Shown here in pieces: positions 35,341 through 39,513 of a stretch of DNA of 39,513 bases. The stretch is taken from assembly GCF_004010195.1 (NCBI RefSeq), contig NC_057719.1, positions 61,147,365 through 61,186,877 of the forward strand, in the 5' to 3' direction. The stretch's first letter is position 1; each line of letters starts with the position of its first letter. The notes beneath the pieces are model-generated. The model searched no databases and was not told where the DNA came from. It saw only the letters and a list, made by a program, of their open reading frames with translations. The position numbers were made by a program, and so were the translations under genes. The stretch comes from Chiloscyllium plagiosum (taxonomy: Eukaryota).

Positions 35341-35734
35341 TCTTCCATTTTCTATTCTGACTATATCTTTGTTCTTTATCAAATTTCAAGTCTAAACTAT
35401 TCATCCTTGGATGTTGAAAAATCCAAGTTTCTTTTTCTGTTTGGATTTTGCCAGATATCTTCAATGATTTCCGAATCGTTAGATGGCCAAGTCAATGTGT
35501 CATTAAAATACCCTCTCACCAATTGAAGATCTCAGATCTCTCTAAATAGATATTCCCTATAGCTTTCAGCAAACTGCTCAAGAGCTATTCAAAAAACCAA
35601 CTTCAAAGTTTTGCCAAAGTAGAGTTTTGTTTTGTTTTCACTACAAAAGTATTGCTTTCATTCAGCTCCTCATTCAAATCATTTTGCATCTCAAAGTATA
35701 TTCTCCATCCAATAGTACAAAGCATTGAACTTAC

Positions 35735-35853
35735 ACTTCACAGAATATTATCATTAAACCAGATAAAATTGTTACAATTGTCATCAAAGTTGTCTTAATC
35801 AGCAACAATTGCATCCAAAATTTCTCTTCAATTTCCTGGATGTTGCTGTTTGA
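35735..35853 (-). CDS. Host-gene exon, 119 nt, SNSNIQEIEEKFWMQLLLIKTTLMTIVTILSGLMIIFCE(V), hydrophobic segment
   Basis: Acceptor tatatttatttttacag, donor GT|gtaagt; only frame 0 is open; phase-2 end joins exon 34556-34514. Confidence 0.75.
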
Positions 35854-36104
35854 CTGTAAAAATAAATATATTGCATGCTCTATTGCAGGATTCTGAAACT
35901 GTTTCAAATGCAAATTCTTAAAGAATTTGTTAATTCACTCACAATAATAAAGAGCAATAGTTAGTCCATGATGCTGACATAACTAACATAAAAACTGACA
36001 TTTGCTATTGCAAGATGTCGATGGAAATAAAGGAAATGCATTTGCTATCCTAACTTGTTACGAATGGAAAATTGATGTCCATTGGAAAAGGAGAAATCGT
36101 TTAC

Positions 36105-36160
36105 TGTTGACAGAGCAATTTCTATTCCGCCCATTCGTTGCCACATATCATGTGCTGTCC
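36105..36160 (-). CDS. Candidate upstream host-gene exon, 56 nt, TAHDMWQRMGGIEIALST
   Basis: Weaker acceptor ttagtttcaaaatag, donor ACA|gtaaac; ends in phase 0, compatible with exon 35853-35735. Confidence 0.45.
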
Positions 36161-36705
36161 CTATTTTGAAACTAAGACTTTGTTTGTCTGTCTCTGGTGG
36201 CCATAACATTGGTCAATTAACAGTCTTTGACTACTCTAGCATGTTGCATTGTCTGCTACATCAACCAAATCAGACACTAAACCATTTACTCACTCTCAGT
36301 TTACATTTGGTTTTCACTTAAATCTATTTCAAAATGATAAAAATAATGTTCTTCTATTATAAATATCTTAAATACCTAGAATTTATAAAGTTATATAATA
36401 GATAGAAAGCATTCTCAATTCAGCAACCACTGTTAATAAAAAGAAAAATGGAACAGCGCTCACAATTTATTCAGCTTCAGGAAAAAAGGCATATTATTAT
36501 TCCTAAATCTCAGCACCAGAATGACAGCAAAACATTATGATCTTTGCTACTTCTACTAGGTTCAAATCCAGATAATGTTAACATAATTAATACTCAATTT
36601 GGCAGATTGCAAGGTAAAGTATAAGTAAAATTTTAAACAATTATTTTCTGATCCACACACCTTTCAAGCATAGTTCAATTTTGGGAGCATTAAACTTATC
36701 TTCCC

Positions 36706-37662
36706 GGGGGATCCAAGATGGCGGCGACCCAGTAAGACTGAGTCTATAGTGCTCTTCCCAAGACTTGGGCACAGTGGGTCACCTACCCCCTACCAAGCTC
36801 ACCAAATCATTTATAAATCATTTATAATAGTTTAGTAACTGAATTAGTGGTGTAATATTACATTTAAGCAACTTTATCCTAAGTTAAAATGACTAAAGGG
36901 AAGGGAGCCCGCAGCTCTCAGCAAGCAGGAACCCCTCCCCCACACTCTACAGCTGCAGCAGAGGCGTCCACAGCCGCCCCGGGAGACTTACCAACAGTAG
37001 CAAGTCTTGCAGAAATGCTTTCCAAGCTTGACTCGAAGATCGATGCCTGTATCGTCGAATCCAGGAATCGTTGGGAGTCGCTCTCGGCCGCGCTGAAGAA
37101 GCACGACCGTGAAATTGAAGAAATTCAACGCCGAGTCGGAGGGGCGGAGCTAAAGGCCGCGACCTCGGAGACAACCGCTCAATCGGCCGTGGATCAGGTC
37201 CGGACTCTCAAGCAGCGAGTCCGGACCTTGGAAAATCATAATGACGACCTCGATAATCGAGGACGTCGAAAAAATATTCGTTTGCTGGGCCTTCCCGAAC
37301 AGGAAGAGGAAGGCCAGCTTACAGCATTCCTGGAGCAGTGGCTGCCACAACTTTTAAATCTGCAAGCTGGATCAAGCCAGGTAAGGGTGGAATGGGCCTA
37401 CCGGGTAGCAATACGCGGGCCCGGCTCGAACCAGCGCCCACACCCGGTCCTGTTCCGGCTGCAGAGCTACAGGGAGAGGCAGATACTCCTAGAAGCCTCT
37501 AGAAATCTCGGAAAAGACCCCCAAGCTATGATCTACAAAGGATCCAAGATCATGCTATTTCAGGACTTTTCCCCGGCTCTGGTTCGAAAGAGGAAGGCAC
37601 TCGACGAGGCGAAGAAGCGTTTAAGGGACTTAAATGTACAGTACTCCTTACGCTACCCAGCG
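36706..37662 (+). mobile_element. Young L1-clade LINE 5' end (5'UTR and most of ORF1), 3'-truncated
   Basis: Starts GGGGGATCCAAGATGGCGGCG (G-run plus YY1-type motif typical of L1 5' ends); CpG-rich uninterrupted ORF1. Confidence 0.9.
36713..36725. promoter_or_regulatory. YY1-type motif of the L1 internal promoter
   Basis: CCAAGATGGCGGC just after the 5' G-run, the position where the human L1 5'UTR has its YY1 site. Confidence 0.65.
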
Positions 37663-37683
37663 ATAGAACATAGAAGAACATAG
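36889..37683 (+). CDS. L1 ORF1p (coiled coil, RRM, partial CTD); last 6 codons come from the CR1 insertion
   Basis: 264-aa ORF with DLDNRGRRKNIRLLGLPE, VEWAYRV, IMLFQDFSPALVRKRK, YSLRYPA; the L1 sequence stops at 37662. Confidence 0.85.
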   Translation: MTKGKGARSSQQAGTPPPHSTAAAEASTAAPGDLPTVASLAEMLSKLDSKIDACIVESRNRWESLSAALKKHDREIEEIQRRVGGAELKAATSETTAQSAVDQVRTLKQRVRTLENHNDDLDNRGRRKNIRLLGLPEQEEEGQLTAFLEQWLPQLLNLQAGSSQVRVEWAYRVAIRGPGSNQRPHPVLFRLQSYRERQILLEASRNLGKDPQAMIYKGSKIMLFQDFSPALVRKRKALDEAKKRLRDLNVQYSLRYPAIEHRRT

Positions 37684-37895
37684 AAGAATACAGCGCAGTA
37701 CAGGCCCTTCGGCCCTCGATGTTGCGCCGATCCAAGCCCACCTAACCTATACTAACCCACTATCCTCCATATACCTATCCAATGCCCGCTTAAATGCCCA
37801 TAAAGAGGGAGAGTCCACCACTGCAACTGGCAGGGCATTCCATGAACTTACAACTCGCTGAGTGAAAAACCTACCCCTAACTTCAGTCCTATATA
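37663..37895 (-). mobile_element. Short CR1 3'-end fragment truncating L1 ORF1
   Basis: Tail atagaacatagaagaacatagaagaa, then tacagcgcagtacaggcccttcggccc, similar to the CR1 end at 38088. Confidence 0.85.
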
Positions 37896-38087
37896 GTGAG
37901 AAGGCTCATCGGGGAATGTGCAGAGTTAATTCAACTTTTCAGAAAACAAGACCCACAAAACCTTTCAAATGCACATCATTTCCATCTGGTTTCCAAGAAT
38001 TTGCATTGCAAAGTATTGTGGTGTAGAACCCCACATGTACACCCTGCAGTTTTGGAATTATCCACCTTTGTGCATGAAATGGAGTTT

Positions 38088-39513
38088 TAGAACATAAAAC
38101 AGAAATACAGCGCAGAACAGGCCCTTCAGCCCTCAATGTTGCGCCGACCTGTGAACTATTCTCAGCTCATCTCCCTACACTATCCCATTATCATCCATGT
38201 GCTTATCCAAGGATTGTTTAAATGCCCCTAAAGGCAGGTAAGGCATTCCATGCCCTTACCACTCTCTGAGTAAACAACCTGTCTCTGACATCTGTCTTAA
38301 ATCTATCACCACTCAATTTGTAGTTTTGCAAATTACAAGCTGACATCATCATTCTAGGAAAAAGACTTCTACTGTCTACCCTACCTAATCCTCTGATCAT
38401 CTTGTATGTGTCTAGCAAATCCCCTCTTAACCTTCTTCTTTCCAATGAGAACAGACCCAAGTCTTTCAGCCTTTCCTCATAAGACCTTCCCTCCAGACCA
38501 GGCAACATCCTGGTAAATCTCCTCTGCACCTTTTCCAATGCTTCTACATCCTTCCTGTAATGGGGTGACCAGAGCTGTACACAATATTCCTAGTGTGGCA
38601 GCACTAGTTGCAACATGATATTCCCGGCTCGGGTGGCAACTTACAGGGATCTATGCACATGGACTCCAAGATCCCTTTGCACATCCACACTACCAAGAAT
38701 CTTTCCATTGACCCAGTATTCTGCCTACCTGCTATTCTTCCCAAAGTGCATCACCTCACATTTAGCTGCATTGAGCTCCATTTGCCACCTCTCAACCCAA
38801 TTCTGCAGATTATCCAAGTCCTCCTGCAACCAGTAATATTCTTCCAAACTGTCCACTACTCCACTGACTTTAGTGTCATCTGCAAACTTACTAACCCATC
38901 CACCTATGCCTGCGTCTAAGTCATTTATAAAAATAATGAACAGCTGTGGTCCCAAAACAGATCCTTGTGGCACACCACTAGTAATCAGACTCCAGACTGA
39001 ATATTTTCCATCAACACCACTCGCTGCCTTCTTTCAGAAAGCAAGTTTCTAATCCAAACTGCTAAATCACCCTCAATTCCATGCCTCTGCATTTTATCCA
39101 ACAGCCTACCATGTAGAATCTTATCAGAGGCTTTACTGAAGTCCATGTATACCACATCAACTGCCCTACCCTCATCTACATGCTTGGTCACCTTCTCAAA
39201 AAACTCAATAAGGTTTGTGAGACACGACCTTGACAAAAACATGTTGACTATCTGAAATCAAATTATTGCTTGCTAGATGATTATAAATCCTATCTCTTAT
39301 AATTCTTTCCAAAACCTTTCCTACAACAAAAATAAGGCTCACTGATCTATAATTACCTGAGTCATCTCTACTGCCCTTCCTGAACAAGGGCACATTTGCA
39401 ATCCTCCAATGCTCTGCTACTAAACCTGTAGACAATGACGACTCAAATATCAAACCCTAAGGCTCTGCTATCTCCTCCCTCGCTTCCCAGAGAATCCTCG
39501 GATAAATCCCATC
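38088..39513 (-). mobile_element. CR1-clade LINE ORF2 (RT) and 3' end, running off the window
   Basis: Minus ORFs with WRIANVPLFRKG, SCLTNLIEFF, YMDFSKA, PQGSVLGP, KFADDTK, RLRGDL, FTQRVVRAWNALP; frameshifted. Confidence 0.92.

Noticed and set aside
34514..35853. Naming the host gene as LMBR1/LMBRD2 or GPR143 from faint similarity (LLLI.T...VDE)
   Set aside because: Only a few residues in a hydrophobic stretch match, with gaps, and neighbouring exons do not fit; no symbol assigned.
37896..38087. Unique segment between two CR1 pieces as an exon or as continued L1
   Set aside because: Poor pyrimidine tract and donor, and no L1 motifs; probably flanking intron.

Overview
Eukaryotic, AT-rich, transposon-dominated vertebrate DNA. 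The repeats (HE1/V-SINE-type tRNA SINEs sharing a 3' end with CR1-clade LINEs, plus palindromic Penelope-type repeats) point to a cartilaginous fish, probably a shark; this is inferred from repeat families only. Most of the window is mobile-element relics: several CR1 LINEs (one near full length, ~14.4-20.6 kb), three pieces of one Gypsy LTR family, two solo LTRs of a second family, a full-length decayed Tigger/pogo transposon, a pogo-like MITE, a Tx1 LINE, a young L1 5' end, five SINEs and Penelope-derived hairpins. Between them lie small minus-strand coding exons of a host gene I cannot name. The best three (35853-35735, 34556-34514, 29531-29413) have strong splice sites and join in frame. 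Notable observations: two of three Gypsy LTR copies carry different retro-insertions at the same TATA-like site; a perfect 99-bp inverted repeat sits inside an old LINE; a hammerhead-like motif lies in a Penelope hairpin; and an L1 is truncated at its 3' end with promoter and most of ORF1 intact. I found no convincing new multi-gene system. Most ORF-track entries are TE fragments or chance ORFs. Coordinates were read by eye; ends without TSDs or TIRs are approximate.
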